Origin: an uncultured Solirubrobacterales bacterium
GTDB taxonomy: Bacteria > Actinomycetota > Thermoleophilia > Solirubrobacterales > JBBDJG01
DNA: 64,000 nucleotides
Direction of reading: 5' to 3'
NCBI GenBank assembly: GCA_963768885.1
Contig: CAVYJN010000006.1
Location: 373,258-437,257, forward strand
The notes under the pieces are model-generated. The model ran no database searches. It had not been told where the DNA came from and was given only the letters and a program-made list of their open reading frames with translations. Positions 56,992-64,000 of this stretch are shown here, one piece after another. Positions within the stretch are counted from its first letter, which is position 1. The number at the start of each line of letters is the position of its first letter. The position numbers were made by a program, and so were the translations under genes.

Positions 56992-58179
56992 ATGAGCGCG
57001 CGCGTCGTGATCGCGGGCGGCGGGTTCGCGGCGCTCGAGGCGCTGATCGCCCTTCGCCGGCTCGCCGGCCGGCATGTCGACCTGACGCTCGTCACTGCCG
57101 AGCCGCAGCTCTCGTACCGGCCCCTCTCCGTGGTCGAGCCGTTCGGCCTGGGCGAGGCGCCGAGCTTCGACCTTGCCGAGATCACGCGCGACCACGATGC
57201 AGAGCTGCGCGTCGACGCCGTGGTTCGCGTGGACGCGCAGCGGCGCGTGCTCGTCACGGGGACAGGCGGAGAAATGCCCTACGACTCGCTGCTGGTCACC
57301 ACGGGGGCCGAGCCGGTGCAGGCGGTGCCCGGCGCCCTCACCTACCGCGGGGCGCCGGACCGTCTCGCATTCGAGGGCCTGCTCGAGGCGATCGACTCCG
57401 ATTCCGTCGGCAGCGTCGCCTTCGCGGTCCCGACCGGCACGTCCTGGCCCCTGCCGCTGTACGAGCTGGTGCTGATGACGGCGACGCGTGTCGCCGCGAA
57501 CGGGAGCCGCGCCCGGCTCGTGCTCGTGACGTCCGAGGATGCGCCGCTCGCGATCTTCGGGCCCGCGGCGAGCGAGGCCGTCGCAGCTCTGCTGCGCGAC
57601 AACGGCGTGGCCGTTCGCGCTTCGACGGTCCCGGTCGCGTTCGAGGACGGGACCCTGTCGGTCGTGGGGGGACCCTCGATCGAGGCCGAGCGGGTGGTCG
57701 CGCTGCCCCAGCTGCGCGGCAACGCGCCCGCCGGGCTGCCGACCGACCACGACGGCTTCGTCGAGGTCGATGCGTACGGGCGGGTGAGCGGTTGCGAGGG
57801 CGTGTATGCGGCCGGGGACGTCACGTCCTTCCCGATCAAGCAGGGCGGGATCGCCGCTCAGCAGGCCGGTGCGGCCGCGCGCGCGATCGCCGCGGATGCC
57901 GGCGCACCCGTGACTCCGGAGGAGTTCCGTCCCGTGCTGCGCGGGCTGTTGCTGACGGGCACGGGGGCACGCTTTCTGCGCTCCGAGCCGGCAGGTGGGC
58001 GGGGAGACGTCTCGGAGGTCAGCAGGCGGATGCTGTGGTGGCCCGAGATGAAGGTGGCCGGCGAGTACCTGTCGCACTACCTGTCACGCGAAGCCGAGCC
58101 GGTCCGGCCGGACGAGCCGCTTCCCGCCGACGCGATCCCGGTCGAGCTCGACCTCACCAAGGTCCCGGGCGGCCGTTGA
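56992..58179 (+). CDS. FAD-dependent pyridine nucleotide-disulfide oxidoreductase, paralogue of 19749..21125
   Basis: MSARVVIAGGGFAALEALIAL...GVYAAGDVTSFPIKQGGIAAQQA. It is collinear with the 19749 protein over the common length. It starts 2 nt after the CBS gene stop. Confidence 0.8.
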   Translation: MSARVVIAGGGFAALEALIALRRLAGRHVDLTLVTAEPQLSYRPLSVVEPFGLGEAPSFDLAEITRDHDAELRVDAVVRVDAQRRVLVTGTGGEMPYDSLLVTTGAEPVQAVPGALTYRGAPDRLAFEGLLEAIDSDSVGSVAFAVPTGTSWPLPLYELVLMTATRVAANGSRARLVLVTSEDAPLAIFGPAASEAVAALLRDNGVAVRASTVPVAFEDGTLSVVGGPSIEAERVVALPQLRGNAPAGLPTDHDGFVEVDAYGRVSGCEGVYAAGDVTSFPIKQGGIAAQQAGAAARAIAADAGAPVTPEEFRPVLRGLLLTGTGARFLRSEPAGGRGDVSEVSRRMLWWPEMKVAGEYLSHYLSREAEPVRPDEPLPADAIPVELDLTKVPGGR

Positions 58180-58197
58180 GCTAGGGCCCGAGTTCGT

Positions 58198-58374
58198 TCG
58201 AGGACCTCCGAGCGGCGTGCAGACCTGATCGTGATGGGGTCACGGGGCCGGGGCCGCGTGCGCGCGGCGATCGGGAGCACCGTGCTCGACCTGCTGCACG
58301 ACGCTCCCTGCCCGGTGCTGGTCGCATCACGCGGCGCCGAGTCGCACGGCGAAGCTGCGCCTCGGCCCCGCTGA
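58198..58374 (+). pseudogene. C-terminal stub of a universal stress protein (no N-terminus, no start codon)
   Basis: An in-frame reading gives ...SERRADLIVMGSRGRGRVRAAIGSTVLDLLHDAPCPVLVASRG..., with stop at 58372-58374. This is only the last third of a USP. The frame opens just after the preceding gene stop. Confidence 0.55.
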
Positions 58375-58384
58375 GCGCGGGCGA

Positions 58385-60817
58385 CTACTCGATCACGCGC
58401 AGCGTCGAGGGGATGTCCATGCGCCGCAGGCGCCGCGCGGTCAGCAGCGGCGCGAGGGCGACGGCGCCGATGCCGACGACGACAGCCGTGACGATCGAGG
58501 CCGGTGCGAGCGTCACGACCGCCCCGAGGTCGGGCAGCGTCTCGTCGAGGAGGTCGTTCATCGTCCAGCTCACGACCGCCACTCCGGCGACGATGCCGAT
58601 CAGGGTCCCGAGCGCGCCGACGAAGACGCTCTCGACCATCGCCAGCCGCAGGCCCGAGCGCACCGGCACCCCGAATGCGAACAGGGTCGCGTACTCGCGC
58701 CGGCGCTCGTCGACCGCGATGCTGGTCGAGTTGAACGCCATCAACAGCGCCAGGAACAGCGTCACGGTCTCGGTCACGGTGATCACCTCGGTGAACTCGT
58801 CGACGGCCTGCTTGACCTCCCTGGTCTCCGTCGCCACGGGCTGCACGGACGCTACCCCCGGGCGACCGAACAGCGAGCGCTGGACGGCCTGCTCGGAGAC
58901 GCCCGGCGCCGGGACGACGCTGACCTCGTTCGCCTGGCCCTCGAGTCCCATCAGCCGCGCCTGGCTGCGGTCCATGTACGCGAACACGCGTAGCGGGTTG
59001 GGATGGATGCCCGCGACCGGCAGGCGCGTGTCGACGAGGTCGAATGCGCTTCCACGCCTGACCGGATGACGCAGGATGATCTCGTCGCCGACGTCGACGC
59101 CGAGGTCGGCCGCCGCCTTGCGCGCGATCACGATGCCGCGGTCGCCCGGCCGCAGGGCGCCCTTCTCGACGGTCGGGGCCCACACCTCGGAGCGAGGGTC
59201 GAGCAGCGACACCGAAGCATCGACGGACCGCTCGCCCGAGCGCAGCTCGCCTTCGACCCGCAGGTTGGGGTCGGCCGCGCCGATCCCGGGGGCGCGCTCG
59301 ATCCTGCGCACCACCCGTGAGCGACGTGCGTGGAAACCGTCGAGGCGCACGTCGAGGCGGTTTGCGCCCTCGTGCAGGGTCTCCTGCTCGATGCTGTCCA
59401 CGGTCGCCGCGAACGAGTCGAACATGCCCGACAGTGAGACGACCGTCGTGATCACCGCGGCCAGCCCCAGCATCGTCATGATCGTGCGGCGGGGCGCGCG
59501 CACCACGTTCCGCAGCGGCATCTGGGCAAGGCTCGACCCGGGGAGCCTGATTCGCTTCAGCAGCGGCGCGAACCCGCCGCCCTTGGCGGCCCGAAAGCCG
59601 ACCTGGATCGCCTCGATCGGCGGCACACGCACTCCGCGCCAGACCGGGTACGCCGTGGCGGCAAGGGGCAGCAGCAGGCCGAGCGCGGCCGCCCTCAGGA
59701 AGACGCCGCCGCGGAAGGCGGTCGCGTAGCTCGGCAATGGGAGCTGCTCACGGAACACGTCGCTGAGCCACCCTGCGAACGCGACCCCGACGGCGGTACC
59801 GAGCACCACGCCCAGCAGCGCGATCTGGGCGCCCATGAGGACGGGGCGGACGGCCAGCAGGCGAGGCGGCACGCCCAACGCCATGCCCACGCCGATCTCG
59901 CGCCGTTCGGCCTCGACCACCCGGCTGATCAGGTTGAACGCGGCCAGCGCCGCACCGCCCAGCACCAGATAGGCGAACACGTCGAGGATCCGCTGGTCGC
60001 TGCGCGCGTCGCTGTAGAGCACGCGGTAGGCGGGCTCCTCGCTCCCCTTGGTGATCGTCGTGCCGACTCCCGGGAGCGCGCGGTCGAGGGCCGATCGCAG
60101 CTCGCGCTCCGCACGCTCCACGTCGGCGCCCGGCGTGAGCCGGAGGACGGCCTCGTTCACCTGCCCGGGCTTGGCGGCGGCCCGCTGCGCGAGGCGCAGC
60201 GGCGCATACACGACCGCGAAGGTCGCCTCGCCTCCGAACAGGCCGGGGCCGGACACGAGGAAGAACTGGGGCGATTGCGCCTGGCCCACGTACCGCACCG
60301 GGCCGAGGCCGGCGAGGCGCACGCGCCCGGCCGCGGGGAGGCCGTAATGCTCGGCGAAGGCGCTGTCGAGCACCACCACGTCCTTCCGCGCGTCGCCCGG
60401 GCGCAGGACCCGGCCGGCGTCCGCCGCGAGCGTGTCGACGCGCGACCCCGCGCGCAGCGGCATCCCGACGATCTGGCCGGGAACGAGCACCGTGCGCCCG
60501 TCGCCCGACGCGTCGACCTGGGTGGGCACCACCATGCGCTCCTGGGCGGCTCGCACTCCCGGCACGCCGTCGGCCACGCGCCGGAGGCGGCCTGCGCGCA
60601 GGTAGTCCCCCTGGCTCAGCTCGACGCGCAGGTCGTGATAGGCGAGCTGCGCGAAGCTCAGGTCGTTGGAGCGCTCGCGCCATTCGCGCATACCGCCGAG
60701 CCCCGCGTAGAGGCCGGTGCCGATCGCGATCACGAGCGCGGTGGCGACCACCTGGAGCCAGCGACGGCGCAGGTCACGCCACGACCAGCGGATCCAGAAG
60801 CGCGACGAGAACATCAC
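58385..60817 (-). CDS. ABC transporter permease, double FtsX-domain (MacB-like), second copy
   Basis: 810 aa with two FtsX modules. The architecture matches 47137..49419. Confidence 0.85.
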   Translation of the reverse strand: MMFSSRFWIRWSWRDLRRRWLQVVATALVIAIGTGLYAGLGGMREWRERSNDLSFAQLAYHDLRVELSQGDYLRAGRLRRVADGVPGVRAAQERMVVPTQVDASGDGRTVLVPGQIVGMPLRAGSRVDTLAADAGRVLRPGDARKDVVVLDSAFAEHYGLPAAGRVRLAGLGPVRYVGQAQSPQFFLVSGPGLFGGEATFAVVYAPLRLAQRAAAKPGQVNEAVLRLTPGADVERAERELRSALDRALPGVGTTITKGSEEPAYRVLYSDARSDQRILDVFAYLVLGGAALAAFNLISRVVEAERREIGVGMALGVPPRLLAVRPVLMGAQIALLGVVLGTAVGVAFAGWLSDVFREQLPLPSYATAFRGGVFLRAAALGLLLPLAATAYPVWRGVRVPPIEAIQVGFRAAKGGGFAPLLKRIRLPGSSLAQMPLRNVVRAPRRTIMTMLGLAAVITTVVSLSGMFDSFAATVDSIEQETLHEGANRLDVRLDGFHARRSRVVRRIERAPGIGAADPNLRVEGELRSGERSVDASVSLLDPRSEVWAPTVEKGALRPGDRGIVIARKAAADLGVDVGDEIILRHPVRRGSAFDLVDTRLPVAGIHPNPLRVFAYMDRSQARLMGLEGQANEVSVVPAPGVSEQAVQRSLFGRPGVASVQPVATETREVKQAVDEFTEVITVTETVTLFLALLMAFNSTSIAVDERRREYATLFAFGVPVRSGLRLAMVESVFVGALGTLIGIVAGVAVVSWTMNDLLDETLPDLGAVVTLAPASIVTAVVVGIGAVALAPLLTARRLRRMDIPSTLRVIE

Positions 60818-61581
60818 CAGTGGAGGTCGGAGATCTCGGCGCGCCCACCTTCCGGCGGCCCGTCCGAGACCACCCTGCCGCTCGACAGCTCGATCACGCG
60901 GTGCGCGATGCGCGCGATCTCGCGATTGTGAGATACGACGAGCACGGCGGTGTTCGACTCGTGCGTCTGCTCGTGCAGCATCTCGAGGATCTGGACGCCG
61001 GTGCGGAAGTCGAGCTCGCCGGTGGGCTCGTCGGCCAGCAGCACCGGGTTGCCGCTCGCGACGGCGCGCGCGATCGCGACGCGCTGCTGCTCGCCGCCCG
61101 ACAGCTCGTGCGGGAAATGCTGGAGGCGCTCGCCGAGGCCGACCCGCTCGAGCGTCGCGGTCGCAACCGCGCGCGCGTCGCCGTGGCGGCCGGTCACGTC
61201 GACGCCGAACTCGACGTTCTCGAGCGCGGTCAGCGCGGGGAACAGGTTGAAGGTCTGGAAGATGAAGCTGACGCCGTGGCGGCGGAAGCGGAACAGCTCC
61301 TTGCGCGAGGCCTTCGTGATGTCCTGCCCGGCGACGATGACGGTTCCCGCCGTGGGCGAGTCGAGCGCGCCGATCATGTTCAGCAGGGTCGTCTTGCCGC
61401 TGCCCGAGGGGCCGAGCACGACGATGAACTCGCGCTCGGCGACCGAGAGCGTCACGTCGTCGAGCGCGGTGACCGTGACCTCGCCCAGGTCATAGCGCCG
61501 CGTGACTCCGTGGAGCTCGATTACGGGCGCAACCCGACGCCCTTCCGGCGTTGTCGTATCCGGAGCCTGATCGAGTGCCAC
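60814..61581 (-). CDS. ABC transporter ATP-binding protein (MacB/LolD type), second copy
   Basis: [37 protein letters not shown]. The stop overlaps the permease start by 4 nt. Confidence 0.9.
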   Translation of the reverse strand: MALDQAPDTTTPEGRRVAPVIELHGVTRRYDLGEVTVTALDDVTLSVAEREFIVVLGPSGSGKTTLLNMIGALDSPTAGTVIVAGQDITKASRKELFRFRRHGVSFIFQTFNLFPALTALENVEFGVDVTGRHGDARAVATATLERVGLGERLQHFPHELSGGEQQRVAIARAVASGNPVLLADEPTGELDFRTGVQILEMLHEQTHESNTAVLVVSHNREIARIAHRVIELSSGRVVSDGPPEGGRAEISDLHW

Positions 61582-61660
61582 TTCCGCTCAACTCTATGCG
61601 CGGTCGCCGGCGTGGACATGGGCCCAAGGCCGCAGCGGCGCTCCGTAGAAAACGCGGGGC

Positions 61661-63076
61661 TCAGGGAACCCGGTGGACCTCGAGCAGGTTCGTCCCCAGC
61701 CCCTGGCCGGCGAGGCCCGCGGTGATGCCGATCAGGTCTCCCGACCTCGCGAGGCCCAGGTCACGCGCCCGCACGGCGCATCCCTCGAGCAGCTCGTCCA
61801 GGATCGCCGGCTCGTCGTAGTGCGCCGAGGTCACGCCGAACAGCAGCTGGAGGCGGCGCACCGTGCCCGGGCGCTCCGAGAGGGCGAGCACCGGCATCCG
61901 CGGATGGTGGGCGGAGACCAGCCGCGCGGTGCGCCCGCTGCGCGTCGGGACGACGAGCGCGGCGAGGTCGAGCTGGTAGGCGGCGACGACCGCGCTGTAG
62001 GAGAGCGTGTCGGCGACGTCGTGCTCGGTGTGGCGTGTGCGGCGCGCGAGCCACTCGTCATACGGAAGGTCACGCTCGGTCACCTCGGCGATCCGCGACA
62101 TCATGCGCACCGCGTCGACCGGATGCTCGCCGATCGCCGTCTCCTCCGACAGCATCAGGGCATCGGTCCCGTCGTAGACCGCGTTGGCCACATCGGTCGC
62201 CTCCGCGCGGGTGGGGCGCGTCGAGCGGACCATCGACGCGAGCATCTGCGTCGCCGTGATGCACGGCTTCGAGTACTTGCCCGCCAGCCTCAGCAGGCGC
62301 TTCTGGATCTGCGGGATCTCCTCGATCGGCAGCTCGATGCCGAGGTCGCCGCGGGCGACCATGATCCCGCCGGAGGCCGCCTGCACGATCTCCTCCGCGT
62401 TCTCCGCCGCCTCGCGCTTCTCGATCTTCGCGATCACGGGGATGTCCGCGGCGCGTTCCGCGAGCCGGGTGTGGACGGGATCCAGATCGCTCGCGTGGCG
62501 CACGAACGAGACGGCCAGCAGGTCCACGCCGTGTTCGCAGGCGAAGTTGACCCAATCGAGGTCGGCTTCGCCGACCGCCGACGGAAGCGCCTCGACGCCC
62601 GGCAGGTTCATGCCCTGATGCGAGGCCACCGAACCTCCGGTCTCGACCTTGGTGAGCACCTCGCTCTCGCCGGTGTCCTGCACGCGCAGGCGGATCGAGC
62701 CGTCGGCCAGGTAGATCACGTCGTTGCGCTGCACCGCCTCGGGGAGCCCCTGCCACGCGACGGGGATCGAGTCGCGTCGCCCGCCCGCCGAGTTGGTCGT
62801 GAGGGTCAGCGCCTGCCCGTTGCGCAGGTGCATCACGTCGCCCTGGATGTCGCCCAGGCGCAGCTTCGGTCCCGGGATGTCGCCGAGCAGGCCGACCTCG
62901 CGGCCGGCGCGCTCCGCGGCCTTGCGCGCCATCCCGATCAGCCGCACGTGGTCCTCGGGGGTGCCGTGCGAGAAGTTGAGGCGCAGGACGTCGGCGCCGA
63001 CCGAGATCAACCCGTGGAGGATCTCCGGGTTGTGAGTGGCCGGTCCGAGCGTGGCCACGATCTTGGTGCGCCGCAT
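61661..63076 (-). CDS. pyk: pyruvate kinase
   Basis: MRRTKIVATLGPAT...LRLNFSHG...IAKIEKREA...MVARGDLGIELP...ATQMLASM...SEETAIGEHP. Confidence 0.9.
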   Translation of the reverse strand: MRRTKIVATLGPATHNPEILHGLISVGADVLRLNFSHGTPEDHVRLIGMARKAAERAGREVGLLGDIPGPKLRLGDIQGDVMHLRNGQALTLTTNSAGGRRDSIPVAWQGLPEAVQRNDVIYLADGSIRLRVQDTGESEVLTKVETGGSVASHQGMNLPGVEALPSAVGEADLDWVNFACEHGVDLLAVSFVRHASDLDPVHTRLAERAADIPVIAKIEKREAAENAEEIVQAASGGIMVARGDLGIELPIEEIPQIQKRLLRLAGKYSKPCITATQMLASMVRSTRPTRAEATDVANAVYDGTDALMLSEETAIGEHPVDAVRMMSRIAEVTERDLPYDEWLARRTRHTEHDVADTLSYSAVVAAYQLDLAALVVPTRSGRTARLVSAHHPRMPVLALSERPGTVRRLQLLFGVTSAHYDEPAILDELLEGCAVRARDLGLARSGDLIGITAGLAGQGLGTNLLEVHRVP

Positions 63077-63082
63077 ATTTCC

Positions 63083-63088
63083 ATTATG
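63083..63088 (-). promoter_or_regulatory. candidate -10 (CATAAT) giving a leaderless pyk mRNA
   Basis: The minus strand reads CTCATAATGGAAAT-ATG. CATAAT ends 6 nt before ATG 63076, and there is no SD. Confidence 0.3.
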
Positions 63089-63137
63089 AGGTCGCCGTAG
63101 GCGAACTCAGGCTTCAGGTGGGCGACTCGTCCATTCG

Positions 63138-63422
63138 TCAGTCGAGGTCGAGCCCGGAGAGGAACTCCTCGGCCTCGCTCCACCGACCCGGCGGGACCCG
63201 CAGCGCAATGTCGCCGCGGCCGAAGCGATCCGGGGCCCAGTCGGCCGTGATCACCGCCTCGATCCCGGCTTCCTCGAGGTGCTGGCGCCACGCCCGGGCG
63301 GTCTCGACGTCGCCGAAGTCGTGCACGAGGTCCCAGTCGTCGAAGCGCGGGTCGCCCACGTGCAGCTCGCGCTGCCCCGGCGCGGGATGCTCGCCTTTGG
63401 GCCGGCGGCGGAACCAGCTCAT
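63138..63422 (-). CDS. hypothetical protein (94 aa)
   Basis: This is the ATG 63422 ORF (MSWFRRRPKGEHPAPGQRELHVGDPRFDDWDLV...). It is the only credible part of track ORF 63138..63938. Confidence 0.4.
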   Translation of the reverse strand: MSWFRRRPKGEHPAPGQRELHVGDPRFDDWDLVHDFGDVETARAWRQHLEEAGIEAVITADWAPDRFGRGDIALRVPPGRWSEAEEFLSGLDLD

Positions 63423-63488
63423 GCTCTGGGACGGGTCGACATTGCCGGGCACGTAGTATCCGCCACGGCCAACGATGGGAGGTGCCAG

Positions 63489-64000
63489 GTGAAAGCGTTC
63501 GTGACAGGGGGAACCGGCTTCATCGGGAGCAGGGTCGCCCGCAGGCTGCGGGAGCGCGGTGACGAGGTGGTCGCGCTCGTGCGCTCGCCCGCGAAGGCGG
63601 CGGAGCTGCGCGAGCTGGGCTGCGAGCTGGTCGAGGGCGACCTGTCCTCGGACGACGCGATCCGTCGTGGCGTCGAGGGCTGCGATGCGGTGTTCCACGT
63701 CGCGGCCGTCTACAAGGTGGGCATCCCGGACTCCGAGCACGCGGCGATGCGCGACGCGAACGTGGGGGGGACCCAGCGGGTCCTCGACGCGGCCGTGGCC
63801 GCCGGCGTGCCGCGGATCGTCTACGTCTCGACCGTCGGCGTGTTCGGGAACACGCACGGCCAGGTCGTCGACGAGACCTACGAGCGCAACGGCGGCGAGT
63901 GGCTCTCGTGCTACGAGCAGACCAAGTGGGAGTCGCACCAGGTGGCGCTCGACCGGATCGCGAAGGGCGCACCTGTGGTGATCGTGCAGCCGGGCGGCGT
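63489..64000 (+). CDS. NAD-dependent epimerase/dehydratase (extended SDR), 5' part; continues past the window end
   Basis: GTG 63489 follows GGGAGG. VKAFVTGGTGFIGSRVARRLRERGDEVVALVR...VFHVAAVYK...YVSTVGVFG...YEQTKWESH. It is not in the ORF track because it has no stop within the window. Confidence 0.8.
   Translation, partial: MKAFVTGGTGFIGSRVARRLRERGDEVVALVRSPAKAAELRELGCELVEGDLSSDDAIRRGVEGCDAVFHVAAVYKVGIPDSEHAAMRDANVGGTQRVLDAAVAAGVPRIVYVSTVGVFGNTHGQVVDETYERNGGEWLSCYEQTKWESHQVALDRIAKGAPVVIVQPGG

Overview
This is a very GC-rich, actinobacterial-type chromosomal segment. By eye I found no rRNA, tRNA, CRISPR array, transposase or integrase. I can support about 55 protein-coding genes and at least six decayed genes. 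Many long ORFs in the six-frame track are antisense or out-of-frame artefacts of the high GC content. The main theme is a contiguous stress, hypoxia and dormancy gene island. A DevS/DosT-like GAF-GAF histidine kinase and a NarL/DevR-type response regulator lie among homologues of genes that, from memory, belong to the Mycobacterium tuberculosis DosR regulon. These include five or six universal stress proteins, CBS-pair proteins, an M50/CBS protease, RtcB with archease, and WS/DGAT. They also include an Rv0079-like long HPF, a DUF1918 protein, a PRTase/dienelactone-hydrolase fusion, an APH/P-loop fusion, CtpF-like P-type ATPases and pncB. Fermentative and PEP-pyruvate genes are interleaved (adhE, a GNAT/ADP-forming acetyl-CoA synthetase fusion, pyk, ppsA). 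A GTAC/GTAG-centred box flanked by GG and CC recurs in the promoter regions and is a candidate operator for the encoded regulator. A second notable unit is an Nramp whose metal-site residues are of the Nramp-related Mg2+ transporter type. It is translationally coupled to a soluble PRC-barrel/MgtE-N/CBS protein, while the canonical mgtE in the window is internally deleted. Other modules are an SQR-like flavoprotein with a divergent ArsR-DUF2892-MMPL operon, a dodecin-archease-RtcB operon, and two MacB-type ABC/FtsX pairs. Frameshifts are strongly clustered in a few genes (pncB, ppsA, mgtE, a Rox-like monooxygenase, and a second P-type ATPase with about a dozen frame changes). Neighbouring 2.3-2.7 kb genes are intact, so this is either real gene decay or local assembly error. 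All functional calls rest on reading the translated ORFs and on remembered family signatures. No database search was run.
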